From Eledone cirrhosa (lineage: Eukaryota), in assembly GCA_964016885.1 (NCBI GenBank), contig OZ024761.1, positions 19,158,001 through 19,222,000 of the forward strand: a stretch of DNA of 64,000 bases. The letters run 5' to 3'. Under the pieces are notes generated by a model. It saw only the letters and a program-made list of their open reading frames with translations, was not told the origin of the DNA and ran no database searches. The position numbers and the translations under genes were made by a program. This document shows, piece by piece, positions 28,496 to 43,149 of the stretch (its first letter is position 1; each line of letters begins with the position of its first letter).

Positions 28496-30112
28496 ATATT
28501 ATATCACTCTTCCCCTTCCTTTGTCTATTTCATTATCTCCCTCTCTCTCTATCTCTCTCCTCTCCCCTCTTTCCCCCTCTCTCCCTCCCTTCTCTCTCTA
28601 TCTCTCTCCTCTCCCCCTCTCCCCCTCTCTCTCTCTCCCTCCCTTCTCTCTCTCTCTCTAACTCTTCCTCTTCTTCTCTTTCTCTACCCCTCCAACCACT
28701 CCACAAACCCTATTCCATCTCAATTATCCAAAGTCCCTGTGTGTAATCTTACATCCAAACCCTACCATTTCAAGTCCACACTGTCTCTCTCTCTCTCTGT
28801 ATGTGTGTATGTGTGTGTTTGTGTGTGTATATGTATGTATGTGTATATGTCTGTGTGTGTAGGTCTGTGAGTGTGTGTATGTCTGTGTGTGTATGTAGGT
28901 CTGTGTGTGTATGTAGGTCTCTCTGTGTGTAGGCCTGTGTGTGTGTGTGTGTGTGTCTATGTCTATGTGTGTCTATGTATGCCTGTGTGTCTGTGTGTAA
29001 TATGTATGTGTGTGTCTGTGTGTATTGTGTGTGTCTATATGTGTGTGTATGTGTCTGTGCGTGTCTCTGTATGTATGTGTATGTGTGTGTCTCTGTATGT
29101 ATGTGTGTGTGTGTGTGTCTAAGAGAGAGAGAGAGCTCTCAATGTGTGTGTGTGTCTATGTGTGTATGTGCGTGTATGTGTGTATGTTTGGGTGTGTGTC
29201 TCTATGTGTGTGTATGTGTGTGTGTGTGTGTCAGCTGTCAAGGTAAGTATGTGTGTGGACGTTTGTGTGTGTGATCTATGTGTAATGTGTATGTGTGTGT
29301 GTATCTGTATATGTGTGTGTGTGTGTCTGTATGTGTGTGTGTGTGTCAGCTGTCAAGGTAAGTGTGTGTGTGGACGTTTGTGTGTGCACTTTTATATATT
29401 TTGTTGCCTAATCGCATTTTGCCCCCACCCCACCCTTCTATGTGTGTATGCGTGTGTGTGTATGTATGTGCGTAGTACGTATGTATATGTGTGCGCGTGC
29501 ATGTACGTGTGTGCATGTGTGTGTATGTATGTATGTGTATAATTCCTTTTCGCGTTTGCATGTATATATATGTATGTATGCATGTATGTATATATGGATA
29601 TGCATGTCTGTATATATGTATATCTGTATGTATGCATGTATGTATATATATATATATGCATGTATATATGTATGTATACATATATGTATATATGTATATA
29701 TATATGTATATATGTATACGTGTGTGTATATATATATGTATGAATGTATATATATGTATGTATGCATGTATGTATGTGTGCATATATTTATATATTTATG
29801 CATGTATGTATATATGGATATGCATGTCTGTATATATGTATATCTGTATGTATGCATGTATATATGTATGTATGTATGCATGTATATATGTATGTATGTA
29901 TATATGTATGTATATATGTATATATGTATGTATGTATATATGTATATATGTATGTATATATGTATATATATGTATGTGTGTATATATGTATATTTGTATG
30001 TATGTATATATGTGTGTATGTGTTTATGTATATATGTATATATGTATGTATATGTATATATGTATGTATATATGTATGTATGTACATATGTATATATGTA
30101 TATATGTATGTA

Positions 30113-30148
<36 letters not shown>

Positions 30149-30696
30149 TGTATGTAGGTATTTAGGTATATATGTATGTATTTATGTATTTATGTATATA
30201 TGTATGTATATTTGTATATATGTATTTATGTATATATGTATTTATGTATATATGTATATATGTATATATATATGTATCACATCCCACTCCACTCACACTC
30301 CCCCCCCCCCAAATCACCTTCACTCACTCATTGAGTGAGGGTGGGATGTGACTGAGTGACGGATTAGTCAGTAACACCACACATACACCCACTACACCAC
30401 CTCCAACACCACCACCAGTAACAACACCATCATCATCACCACCACCACCACCATCATCACCACCACCACCATCATCACCACCACCACCATCATCATCACC
30501 ACCACCACCACCATCATGTTTTACGACATCCGGGGGAAACAAAAGAAACCAGCTGACATAGGACCAAGACATAACTCCTCCCATCTCCCCTCCCCAACCC
30601 CCTCTCTCTCAGTCTCAGTCTCTGTCTCTCTCAGTTCCTGCCTCTCTCTCTCTTCTCTTTCTCTCTCTCTCAGTCTCTGTCTCTCTCTCTCTCTTT

Positions 30697-30754
<58 letters not shown>

Positions 30755-30757
30755 ATG

Positions 30758-30790
<33 letters not shown>

Positions 30791-31020
30791 CTGTCTGTGT
30801 GTGTGTGTAACTGTCTGTCTGTCAGTCTCTGTGTGTGTGTGTCTGTCAGTCTGTGTGTGTGTCAGTCTGTGTGTGTGGCTGTGTACCTGTCAGTCAGTCT
30901 GTCTGTGTGTCTGTGGCTGAGGGGTTAGGTGATATGACGTCACTGGGACCACGTCATCATTAAGAGACGCCTTGGACACACTTTCTTTCTCAACCATACT
31001 TCTTTCAACCCCTCTCTCTC

Positions 31021-31085
<65 letters not shown>

Positions 31086-31170
31086 ATAAGAAATCTGGAT
31101 ATGGAACTCGGGTGGGGCAGCCAGAAAACGTGTATATGACTGAATGTATGTGCATGTGTATACACACATA

Positions 31171-31277
<107 letters not shown>

Positions 31278-31290
31278 TTACTACAACAGA

Positions 31291-31365
31291 GGTCCGACGA
31301 GCTTTTGATTCAAGAGTCGGGCCAGATCGAACCTTGAGCTGATCAATAGCGAAACGCGCGTCGCC
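31291..31365 (+). ncRNA. Variant type I hammerhead ribozyme (CCGACGA core)
   Basis: ggt-CCGACGA-[gcttttgat...atcaatagc]-GAAA-cgcgcg-TC-gcc. Confidence 0.6.
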
Positions 31366-31402
31366 AACCAATAACGTAATGAAGGAGTAACCATTCGTCC
31401 TT

Positions 31403-31514
31403 AATCCCGCCGAAGTTAACTTTGCCTTTCATCCTTACGGGGGTCGATAAAATAAAGTACCAGTATTGTACTGGGGTAATTGCTGGCCTTGTGCCAAAAG
31501 TAGAAACAATTATT
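31403..31514 (+). mobile_element. 5'-truncated tRNA-SINE copy
   Basis: Body of the 7593 family. Confidence 0.75.
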
Positions 31515-31709
31515 ACATTACACTCTGTCTAGCTCTACACCTCGCTACTGACGTGAACCTAAACATGGAGTGCTCACCCGGGTGAACCTACAGTAACTCC
31601 GCGTTACACTCCCTATATATATATGTATGTATATATATATATATATGTCCCAATGCTCTGATACCATCAACACTATAAACACAGAGCTGGCATATCTAAG
31701 AACTGACTA

Positions 31710-31765
31710 ACTGCCTGATGAGGTCATAGCCATTCAATGGCTATCATCGAAATATGTATAGCAGT
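31710..31765 (+). ncRNA. Type I hammerhead ribozyme
   Basis: actgc-CTGATGA-[ggtcatagccatt c aatggctatcatc]-GAAA-tatgta-TA-gcagt then aaataaa. Confidence 0.75.
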
Positions 31766-31806
31766 AAATAAAGGATTATGAGTTCATGCAATTGACTTAT
31801 GTTTCG

Positions 31807-31884
<78 letters not shown>

Positions 31885-31962
31885 AACGAGTAGGACTAGC
31901 TGAGCTCAAGCCGTTTGACAGCTAATTCTGGACTGAGCTCAGCCGTCGGGGTCCTACTCGTT

Positions 31963-32057
<95 letters not shown>

Positions 32058-32478
32058 GGAAATCAGTAAAATCGAATCTCTGGCGGTTTCCAAGTAAATT
32101 CGGCCTACTTATATGAAGTGATGAGTTAGCAAAGCACTCGATAAGATAGGTCTCAGAGTTATAACATACGTTTAAATAGCTTGACAAATCGAACATTGTG
32201 GTAGGCTAAACTAACACACAATATATATACCAAAGTAACGATAAGACTAATCAGGTTGAGAAAAATAGACCTGGACAAATCAAACGGGCGTTTGAAATGT
32301 TTCTCTGACTCCGAAATCAAATATCAGACTTACTTGAATGGCAAGGTCATGGTATTGATATATATATATAGCAGTCGCCGTGTCTCTGACTGGTGTGTCT
32401 TCATATGAGGGAATGAATTCTGTGAGAGAACATCGTTATTTTTCTCCCTCATATCAAGAATTTGAAGACAATTCATTT

Positions 32479-32552
32479 TCACCTGATGAGATCAGTGATA
32501 ATCGATCATGGCTTCACAATCGATCTATCTCTTATTGAAACACGTGTCGTGA
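32479..32552 (+). ncRNA. Type I hammerhead ribozyme, long stem II
   Basis: tcac-CTGATGA-[~47 nt]-GAAA-cacgtg-TC-gtga; palindromic stem III acacgtgt. Confidence 0.7.
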
Positions 32553-32593
32553 TTAAATGATTGGAATTTTACCTTGCCTTCGGATTTTCATTT

Positions 32594-32944
<351 letters not shown>

Positions 32945-33035
32945 TCAATGCTGTCTACCCTTCGTGGTAGGTTCTATACCGTAGTTAGAACTCAATGTAA
33001 TCCGTTAGCAAGTAATTCAGTCAGATCCAGAGGTA

Positions 33036-33157
33036 GATTCCGAAGAAGACGGTACGATCGAACCCATATATTATGCCTGATAGTATACAGTTCTCTAACT
33101 GCTATATAGATCAGTCAATATATCAATATGATCAACCCTCCGAAACGATCGTAAAAC
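33036..33157 (+). ncRNA. Possible variant hammerhead (CCGAAGA core, ~95 nt stem II)
   Basis: gatt-CCGAAGA...GAAA-cgatcg-TA-aaac; stem I weak. Confidence 0.4.
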
Positions 33158-33220
33158 AATGAAATGACTATGCAAAATAACTTGCCTTAGTTATTATTAT
33201 CATTGTTAAACTAATATCTA

Positions 33221-33285
<65 letters not shown>

Positions 33286-33396
33286 TGTGTGTGTGTGTGT
33301 GTTGAGTTTTTTTCTTGTCATATGCTTGGTGGTCACCGATCTGACCAGTTCGTTTGTCTACCAGAATATCATGAAAAAATTATACATCTCCCATGT

Positions 33397-33472
33397 ATTT
33401 TGTCTGAGGAGGACATGTTTGGCTTTATGTTATACCTAAAACTTTACATCTTCGAAATATATATAATGAAAT
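33397..33472 (+). ncRNA. Type I hammerhead ribozyme
   Basis: attttgt-CTGAGGA-[ggacatgt...acatcttc]-GAAA-tatata-TA-atgaaat; stem I of 7 bp including GU pairs. Confidence 0.6.
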
Positions 33473-33512
33473 AAATAGAGATGATATAAAGTATATATCT
33501 TTCGTTTATTAA

Positions 33513-33546
<34 letters not shown>

Positions 33547-33892
33547 TATAGTAAAATCGTATTATTAAGTCTAAATTGGTTATTCATTCTTAATCTATTA
33601 AATTTTGGGCTCTGCAGTCTGTACCATAAAAGTCCATAACGTAATCTACAGAGGTTGAAAAATCATTCAGCCTTTTGGGGTTACTGATTGACCAAGGATA
33701 TTGATTAGCATTGAGCTTCTATAATCTTTACAAAGACATATATTGGTAAACTTCAATATAACCTAACATATATATAACCTATATATATATATATATATAT
33801 ATATAATAAAAAATTGAACAGGGACAGAACAGAGAGGCAGTACGACAAATGTTTATTAGATTCACGCTCAGGAGAGTGGGGGGTAGGTGGAG

Positions 33893-33926
33893 GACGACGT
33901 TTCGGGCATAAGCCCTTCTTCAGGTA
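33893..33926 (-). ncRNA. Minimal type I hammerhead within a dispersed repeat (~33805-33995; second copy ~52855-53100)
   Basis: Reverse complement: c-CTGAAGA-a-gggc-ttat-gccc-GAAA-cg-TC-g; identical core at 52941-52972. Confidence 0.65.
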
Positions 33927-34114
33927 AGAGTTCAAAAGGTGTGTAGGGGAGTGATGGAGAGACATATAGCGAAAGGAAACGGTGCGAATGAAAAATTAAC
34001 AAATAAAGACAAAAATATAATAAATAATAAATAAAAATAAAGCATGATCAAAATACAAGGAATGAGAACATTTAAAAATAAAGGCATGATCAAAATAAAC
34101 TGAAATTAAAAGGG

Positions 34115-34176
<62 letters not shown>

Positions 34177-34424
34177 TCTCTGTAGCAAGCAATGAAGTTT
34201 ATTGTGACGTGAGGCCACCAACATTTATTTATCTTACATGTAGTGTCAAACATTTGATGTCTTAAGGAAACTATATAACATTTCCGCACCAAATATATAT
34301 ATATGTGTGTGTGTGTGTGTGTCTGTCTGTATTGTGTATATATATATATATGTGTGTGTGTGTGTGAGTGTCTGTATTGTGTGTATATATATATATATAT
34401 GTGTGTGTGTGTATCTGTATTGTG

Positions 34425-34483
<59 letters not shown>

Positions 34484-35434
34484 TTGGAATAGCAATAAAA
34501 TAAAGTACCAGTAATGCACTGAGTAATTGCTGGCCTTGTGCCAAAAGTAGAAACAGTTATTAATAAGGAGTTTACATATATATATATATGTATATGTAAA
34601 CCCCCCCACTGTCCCTGTCTTTTGTAATGTCCCCTATATGTCGGCCCTTGTGGCCAATAAATGAAATCTTATTAATAAGGAGTGTTGGAATTAATGTCAT
34701 GTAAGATTTTACAGCTCTAGCATCATTCCTTTACAAGATTCGGGCTGAACTTTTCAGCCCGAATCTTGTAAATATTCCTAGTACCATTTTTAATTTTTTT
34801 TTTTTTTTTTTTTTTTTTTTACATTTAAAAACATGAGTTCATCGGAGGAGGAGGGGGGGGGTAAGTGAGAAGGAAATAATTGAATATAAAATATATATAA
34901 TCTTTTTTGAAATATTCTTTTCTTTTTACGTGTTTTTTTGTTTTGTTTTGTTATTTTTTGTTATTATTATTTGGGGGTGGGGGTGGGGGTCCCGTTTAAA
35001 AAAAAAAAAAAAAGAACAGGCCCTTCCAAATAATGTAAACTGTACTTTTAATATAAAGGAGGGATATGACGATGGTGATGATGATAAAGGTGATGATTAT
35101 GATGATGATGATGATGATGATATAGTGATGGTGGTGGTGGTGGTGGTTTTGGTCGGGTTGATATAATGGTGGTGGTGGCGGTGGTGGTGGTAGTCGTTGT
35201 GGTGGTGATGATGATGGTGATGGCGATGGTGGTGATAAGTTGTTCGAATGTGTATTATGTCAACAGGTTATTTGAAATGAGTCAAAAAAGGTTAATTTGA
35301 AGTCAACCAGTGAACCAGGTCGGTAGGGGGCGATAAAGGGATGGGTTTAGTTCAACAGTGGTAGGACTTGGATTGGGGGCGGGGGGTCTAGGGGATTTCT
35401 AAGGGGATTTATGGGGGGAGGGTATGTGAGGGTG

Positions 35435-36227
35435 TATGTGTGTCTGTGTTCGTGTCTGTGTGTGTGTGTGTATGTCTGTATGTGTATGTGTCTATATATA
35501 TATATATATATGTGTGTATGCATGTGCCTGTATGTGCGTTTGTCTGTATCTGTGTGTGTACGTATGTATGTGTGACACCTGTGTGTATGTGTATGTGTCT
35601 ATATATATATGTGTGTGCATGTGCCTATATGTGCGTTTGTCTATATCTGTGTGTGTGACACCTGTATGTATATGTATGTGTCTATATATATATATATGTG
35701 TGCATGTGCCTATATGTGTATTTGTCTGTATCTGTGTGTGCGCGTATGTATGTATGACACCTGTGTGTATGTGTATATGTCTATATATATATATATGTGT
35801 ATGCATGTGCCTGTATGTGCGTTTGTCTGTATCTGTGTGTGTGCGTATGTATGTGTGACACCTGTATGTATATGTATGTGTATATATATATATATATGTG
35901 TGCATGTGCCTATATGTGTATTTGTCTGTATCTGTGTGTGTGCGTATGTATGTGTGACACCTGTGTGTATGTGTATGTGTCTATATATATATATATATAT
36001 ATGTGTATGCATGTGCTTGTATGTGCGTTTGTCTGTATCTGTGTGTGTGCGTATGTATGTGTGACACCTGTGTCTATGTGTATGTGTCTATATATATATA
36101 TGTATGTGCATGTGCCTATATGTGCGTTTGTCTGTATCTGTGTGTGTGTGCGTATGTATGTGTGACATCTGTGTGTATGTGTATGTATGTGTGGTGTGTG
36201 ACACCTTGTGTGTATGTGTGAGTATAA

Positions 36228-36263
<36 letters not shown>

Positions 36264-36294
36264 ATGTATAGGTGTGTGTGAGCATTTAACTGTG

Positions 36295-36337
<43 letters not shown>

Positions 36338-36545
36338 AGGTGTGTGTGGGCATTTAATTGTGTGTATAGGTGTGTGAGAGCATTTAACTGTATATATATG
36401 TGTGTGTGTGTGTATAGGTGTGTGAGAGCATTTAACTGTATATATATATATGTGTGTGTGTGTGTATAGGTGTGTGAGCATTTAACTGTATAGATATGTG
36501 TGTGTATTAGTGTGTGTGTGAGCATTTAACTGTGTATGTATATAT
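35435..36545. repeat. Compound TG/TA minisatellite with ~90-100 bp higher-order unit (gtgacacctg) followed by (gagcatttaactg) units
   Basis: Directly visible. Confidence 0.85.
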
Positions 36546-37072
36546 ATATATATATATATGTGTGTGTATATATGTGTATACATGTGTGGGGGGGTATCCT
36601 CTTTTCTGGCACTATTCTCTGTGTATATATACGTGTGTATATATACGTACGTGTGTGTGTGTACACTTGTATGTGTATTGACAGTGACTCAAACACCTAC
36701 GTTTAACACATTTCGATAGAGTCATGCACTCAACAGGGCAGGGATACTTCCCTTCAAAATTGTAAAACAAAGGTTTTAAAGGGAGGACAGGGGCGGGGGT
36801 GGGGTGTTGGAGGAAAAAGAGGGGGTAAAGAAAGGAGGGGTATGGAGTGAGAGAGAGAAGGGAGAGAGGGTGAAAGAGAGGGGGAGAAAGAGAGGGGGTA
36901 AAGAAAGGAGGGGTATGGAGTGAGAGAGAGAAGGGAGAGAGGGTGAAAGAGAGGGGGAGCAGAGGGAGAAAGAGAGGGGGTAAAGAAAGGAGGGGTATGG
37001 AGTGAGAGAGAGATAAGGGAGAGGGGGAGAAAGAGAGGGGTAATAAAAAAGGAGTAATGAGTAAGTGAGAGA

Positions 37073-37120
<48 letters not shown>

Positions 37121-37192
37121 AGGCAGTAATATGGTGTCACTTGGAATTTCCTATATTTTCCACTTTTTTTTCTTTACACAGAAAACTTTACT

Positions 37193-37224
<32 letters not shown>

Positions 37225-37430
37225 TTATTCTTTGAAAGAATAACTTCCAGGATGTTGACGGAAAATTACGAAGTTGTTTCGGAAAAACTGATGACGATTT
37301 CAGTCATTACTTTTTTTTTTGCCATTTTCCAATTTGAAATTTGAAAAAAAAAATTATTACAAATGCTACAATCTCTCTCTCTCTATCTCTCTCCTCTCTT
37401 TCTCTTTCAAACACTCTCTCATTCTCTCTC

Positions 37431-37463
<33 letters not shown>

Positions 37464-37527
37464 ATCTATCTCTTTCTCTCTCTCACACACACACTATCTC
37501 TCTCTCTATCTCTCTATCACAAACTAT

Positions 37528-37559
<32 letters not shown>

Positions 37560-38091
37560 CCTCTCTCTCCCCTCTCTCTTACTCTCTCTATCTCTCTCCT
37601 CTCTTTCCCTCACATACACACACACAGACACGCATACACACATACACAAACACACACACACGCACACAAACACACACATACCTACATACACATCGCCAAC
37701 CGCCCACTCTTGTTATTGCTGTCGTCTGCAACTCTTTCATTCTCATCACCAAACGCAGACGACATTAAACTCAAATTTATCAATCATTGTCACTAAATCT
37801 TCTCTGAAAATTTTCATTTATTTGTAAAACAAAAAAATTAATAGATTTTTTTTTTTTTATGAGTGAAAAAAGAAAAGAAAAAGAAGAAAAAACACTAGTT
37901 ACTCATATCTCTGGATCCCTCCCCCCCCCCCTCCCCGCCATCCGACAATCATCGTCTTATCATTAATTTCTTTATTTAAGTTGGAGAGGAGAAGGGTTTT
38001 GGGGGAATGGGGTTTCAACACATAGCGCGTATTTCATTTCCATTTCATTACGTTTAAATTATTCCCTCCTTTCTATAACTCGAGGGTATAT

Positions 38092-38132
<41 letters not shown>

Positions 38133-38135
<3 letters not shown>

Positions 38136-38960
38136 TGGTTGCCAACTCGTTTTCGAGTACGGCCAATACTTTATATCCATGTAGGAGAACCTCTACCGAT
38201 GCGCTGAACGAGTGTGACTTTTTAGTCCAGCCAGCGACTTGAAAACTCTGGTACAAACACTACACTGGGGTTGCCAGTTTAGTCGCCAACGACCCGACCA
38301 TGAGTCAGGTTGTACTGGGATACATGTTACCAGTAGCACCAACTGGTGACCTGACATACATATATATATATATATATGTATATATGTATCCCAGTACAAC
38401 CTGTCTCATGGTCGGGTCGTTAGCGACTAAACTGGCAACCCCACCAAGGTTTCTTGGTGAGGAGGGTGACTTTGGACATCCTGCAGGACTAAAAACAAAA
38501 CCTGTCAAAAGGCAAAGGAGCTCTTAAGAGTCAATGGCCATCCAAAATCACCGGGAGAGATGACCCCTTAGCCTTTGTCAAGGCAGAATTCTAGGAGAAG
38601 GAAAACTCTGATATAACACCTGCAACCCTGATGGTATCCAATGATGTTGACTTGTTCTTCTTTTTGGTAAATATCATCTTGGTTAAGAGAGTGGGACTGG
38701 CTTTGTGCAGTGTCTTTGCTCACTATAAAAGCTTCACGGCACAGGCATTGCTTTATATCTGGAGATCTCTCTGTACTTGTCGTCACATGGTACCATGGGC
38801 CCAGCACTATGTGTCAATAATTGTCACAAGTGTAGTGTTTGTACCAGAGTTTTCAAGTCACTGGCTGGACTAAAAAGTCAGTTGTTCGGCACATCGGTAG
38901 GGGTTCTCCTACATGGATATAAAGTAGTGGCCGTACTCGAAAACGAGTTGGCAGCCACCA
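38133..38960. mobile_element. Head-to-head pair of the ~610 bp RTE-like element (internally deleted copy -, near-complete copy +)
   Basis: 38133-38356 is reverse-complementary to both ends of 38385-38960; TA repeats between and outside. Confidence 0.7.
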
Positions 38961-40127
38961 TATATATATATATATATATACACACTACCCGAAAAGGAGG
39001 ACTGGTCAACATCAGTTTTTTGGGGGGTTTTTTTTCAGAGTTTCCCTCTCTTAGAAAGGTGTTGTGACAACAACTGTGTGTGTATATATATATATACACA
39101 CACACAGATATAAAATTTGATTATGTTGATTACGTTTTATATACTTAATGTTGCTAGATAATGGATTAGATTGGATTGGCAAGAATTGGTAAAGCATCAG
39201 ACAAAATGCCTTGTGGTATTTTGTCTTCCCACTCTTTCTACGTTCTGGGTTCAAATCCGGTCAGGGGTCAACTGTGACTTTCATCCTTCCGGGGATCGAT
39301 TTAATCAGCTACCCACCAACATTACCACCTCCACCACCTCACACACGCCACTACTACCATCACCTCTACCGCCGCCACTGCCACCATGATCACTACCATC
39401 ACTCCAACTACCATCACCACTACTGCCGCCACTAATACCATCACCACTACCGCCGCCTCTAAGACCACCACTACTACCACCACTACTACCACCACTACCA
39501 CCATCACTACTGTCACCAACACCAGCACCTCCACCACCATCAATACCACCACCACCACCACCTCCAACCACCATCAATACCACCACCATTACCACCACTA
39601 CCACCACACCCACCATGGCCCTTTACATTCTGAGTTCAAATTCTGCCCAGGTTAACATAGTGGGGGTAATTGCTGGCCTTGTGCCAAAAGTAGAAACCAT
39701 TACTATTGTTAACATTATTCCTGTCAAATATCAGACGAACAGACAGAAAAGATAAGATACTAATATACACCTTATAAGCTTCTTTATTCAGAATCACGCT
39801 GTGTTAGTGTTGTTGATAATTAAGGAAGAAAAGAAAATAACACATGTCTAACATATGTCCTTTTTTTTCTTCTTTCTTTGCAGTGCCTCTTACATAACCA
39901 GAGAAAGAAAGGAAGAAAGAAAGTAAGAAAGAAAGAGAGAAAAAGAAGGAGTTAAAGATAGGAGTAAGAAGAAGCCCCACCACCACCACCACCACCACAC
40001 CACCATCACTTCAGCTCTTCTGTGAAGTTACCATTTCTCACCTACCACCATCAACACTGCCCTCCTGTGAAGTTACCACTTCCCCCTCACCACCATCAGA
40101 ACCACCATCACCACTACTACCGTTACA

Positions 40128-41267
40128 ATGGATTACACAGAAAACCCCATCAAGGCGGCCGTAAGTGTGGTGCACAACATCACACTAGAAGATCTGAATG
40201 ATGAGAAGGCAATGCTCCGCATCCCTGCCATCATATACACCATCATCTTAATGGTGATTGGTCTGTTTGGCAACACTATCACCTGCTATATCTACGGCTA
40301 TCGGCTGAAAATGCTGCCCACGCACTGCTTCATTATAGTCTTGGCCATATTCGACATCTTGTCCTGCTGTATAGCCATGCCAACGGAGATCCTGGACATG
40401 CGTTACCCATTCATGTTCCCTTCAATGATCGCTTGTAAGATCCTCCGCTTCTTGTCCTATTTCACTACAGGCACCTCCAGTATTATACTCCTCATTATCG
40501 CCATCGACCGCTACAAGAGGGTCTGTCGTCCGTTCAAACGCCAGATTACCGTGAAGGAAGCCAAGATCATCGCCATCATCATATCAGTGATAGGCATTGG
40601 TGTCACCTCACCCATGCTCTACGCCTCTGGCAAAATGACCCATCTGACACGCATCCCATACATCAACGGCACCGATTGTTCCATCTCGGACTCGGTTCGA
40701 AACACAAAGTTCCCGAAAATCTACTTTGGTATCTTGTTCCTCATCATCATCTCATCGTTTGTGGCCATGTCTATCTGCTACTTGCTGCTGTGGCTGGAGG
40801 TCAAGAACCGCTGTTCACATCCCGTGGGGGGCAACTGCAGGAACACAACCAACACTTCCATGGAAATGCCCAACAGTCCACAGCCCTTGAACGACGAGAG
40901 GACCAACAGCAAGACGTTAAATCGCACCAACCTGACTGTATTTCTCGTTACGATGCTCTTCATACTGAGTTATATTCCTTGCCTCTCTCTGCAGGTGGCG
41001 CGGACCATCATCCCGTATGAATTGTCCATGAACCCCGTGGCAGAGCTGTTCTACTGCATTGGAATGCGATCCTACTTCTTAAGCAATTCACTCAACCCTG
41101 TCATCTACGGTTACTGCAACCGGCAGTTCGGTGACGAATTCAAACGTTTGTTCCGGCGTTACAAGGAAGTGTCACGTCACCTAAAGAACAGCCATGTCTC
41201 CAAAAACTCTGACAGTTCCTCCTCTTCTGGTAAACTCCAGACAACAATATGTGAGTGCAGCAGCTGA
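40128..41267 (+). CDS. Intronless class A (rhodopsin-like) GPCR, 379 aa, orphan peptide-receptor-like
   Basis: Seven hydrophobic segments; GN (TM1), LAxxD (TM2), C at start of TM3 plus IDRY, ECL2 Cys (NGTDC), SYIP (TM6), NSLNPVIY (TM7); N-glycosylation sequon NIT; non-repetitive codon-like composition. Confidence 0.95.
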   Translation: MDYTENPIKAAVSVVHNITLEDLNDEKAMLRIPAIIYTIILMVIGLFGNTITCYIYGYRLKMLPTHCFIIVLAIFDILSCCIAMPTEILDMRYPFMFPSMIACKILRFLSYFTTGTSSIILLIIAIDRYKRVCRPFKRQITVKEAKIIAIIISVIGIGVTSPMLYASGKMTHLTRIPYINGTDCSISDSVRNTKFPKIYFGILFLIIISSFVAMSICYLLLWLEVKNRCSHPVGGNCRNTTNTSMEMPNSPQPLNDERTNSKTLNRTNLTVFLVTMLFILSYIPCLSLQVARTIIPYELSMNPVAELFYCIGMRSYFLSNSLNPVIYGYCNRQFGDEFKRLFRRYKEVSRHLKNSHVSKNSDSSSSSGKLQTTICECSS

Positions 41268-42100
41268 CTTGGATACAAGAGTGGAACTTTTGATGTAAAA
41301 ACTGCTTCGATTTTGAACTGATTATATAACTGATCACGCCCATCCTCCCCTTCTGATCATTCTACCATTCACTAACCCCACCACCAACACCAACACCACC
41401 AACAACCCCACCAACACCAACACCACCACCAACAATATCAACACATCCAACACCATCACCAACACCTCCACCAACACCACCACCAACACCACCACCAACA
41501 ACATCACCACCACAACCAGCACTATCACCACAACCACCACTAACAACAACACCACCATCAACAACAACCATCAACACAACCACCAGCAACACAACCACCA
41601 CCACCACCACCACCACCACCAGCAACAACACCTCTCACCCCTTCCACCCCTTCCCACACCCTCTTCCATCCTCCTTCCCTGAATCCCTTTTTTTTTTGTA
41701 TTTAAATTCAAGAAGAAAAAAAAAGAGAGGAAAAAAAAAACGATACAAAAGAAAACAAAATTTACATTTGATCTGAACCCCCTAAAAAGGGGATAGACCC
41801 CTATAAAAAGGGATTTTTTGGAGGAGGGTGTTCTCTTTTTGTAATTTTTTATATATATATAGAGAGAGGGGAGTGATTTTTAAAAAAGTATTATTGAATT
41901 GAAACAAAATTTGCCGATTCTTTTGGCACAGGTGTGAGACTTTGACAAACATTAACTGGTAAAGACAGACAAAACTAAGGGCAGTAACCCTCTGGGTGAA
42001 AATGTATTAACTTTTCACACCATTCAGTGATTTGTGACCTCCTCAAACAATTCGATTGGTATCTGCTATATTGCAGCAACAACTTCAATTTATACCCATT

Positions 42101-42164
<64 letters not shown>

Positions 42165-42176
<12 letters not shown>

Positions 42177-42432
42177 ATTAAATAAATGGAAAACTATATT
42201 TATAAAACCATATTTATTTCATTATATATATTTCGGGGATATCATATTAACAATGTAGCATATTGTTAATATGATATCCCCGAAATATATATAATGAAAT
42301 AAATATGGTTTTATAAATATAGTTTTCCATTTATTTAATATTGTATATACACTCCAAATATTTGTCGAGTGCTTTTATACCAGTTATAAATATTTACTAG
42401 TTGTAACCCAACAATTTTAAATATAACTTTAC
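42165..42432 (+). mobile_element. Asymmetric fold-back element with hammerhead 3' half and tail
   Basis: Perfect ~88 bp arms 42166-42254 and 42262-42349 with a 7 bp spacer; GAAA-tatata-TA-atgaaataaa; non-palindromic relative at 51698-51890. Confidence 0.7.
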
Positions 42433-42744
42433 ATGTATATATATATATATATATATATAGGAAAAAGTATGACCCCCACGGCAGAGCTGAAGCCGTTTCG
42501 ACGGCTATTTCTGGACTGGTGCATTATGGTCCATCTGGTTCCTTACCACAATTCCTTCGTTATATATATATATATATATGTATGCATATATTTGTTTGTC
42601 ATTGCACCCGATGAGAGGCTCCTCCACTATATAGTGGTGGCCATAACTGGACCCGGAAACCTGAGGCTGCACATACATGTTAAGTGTATGAAATTTTAAT
42701 TATACTATATATATACATGTATATTCATATATACACACATGCAT

Positions 42745-42781
<37 letters not shown>

Positions 42782-43149
42782 CGTGTGTGTGTGTTTTACT
42801 CTATAGAAATGTATTAAGTCCTTTCATTTCTTGTACAAATGGCTGGCCGTCTGTTCAATCAGGGCTCACCTGGGACGAAGCAACAACAAAGTTGACCCAT
42901 ACCAAAGAAGTACTATGATTACCACCACTAATAATAATAATGATAATAATAATAATAATAATAATAATGATGATGATGATAATAATAATAATGATTTCAT
43001 TTATTGGCCACAAGGGTTGACATATAGGGGTCAATATAAAGACAGGGACAGTGGGGGTATACAATAAGCTTGAGTAAAAATGCACAATGGCAAGACTAAT
43101 TTAACAATGAAGATATAAAAAATATATAAAATAAACTATGTATAAATAA

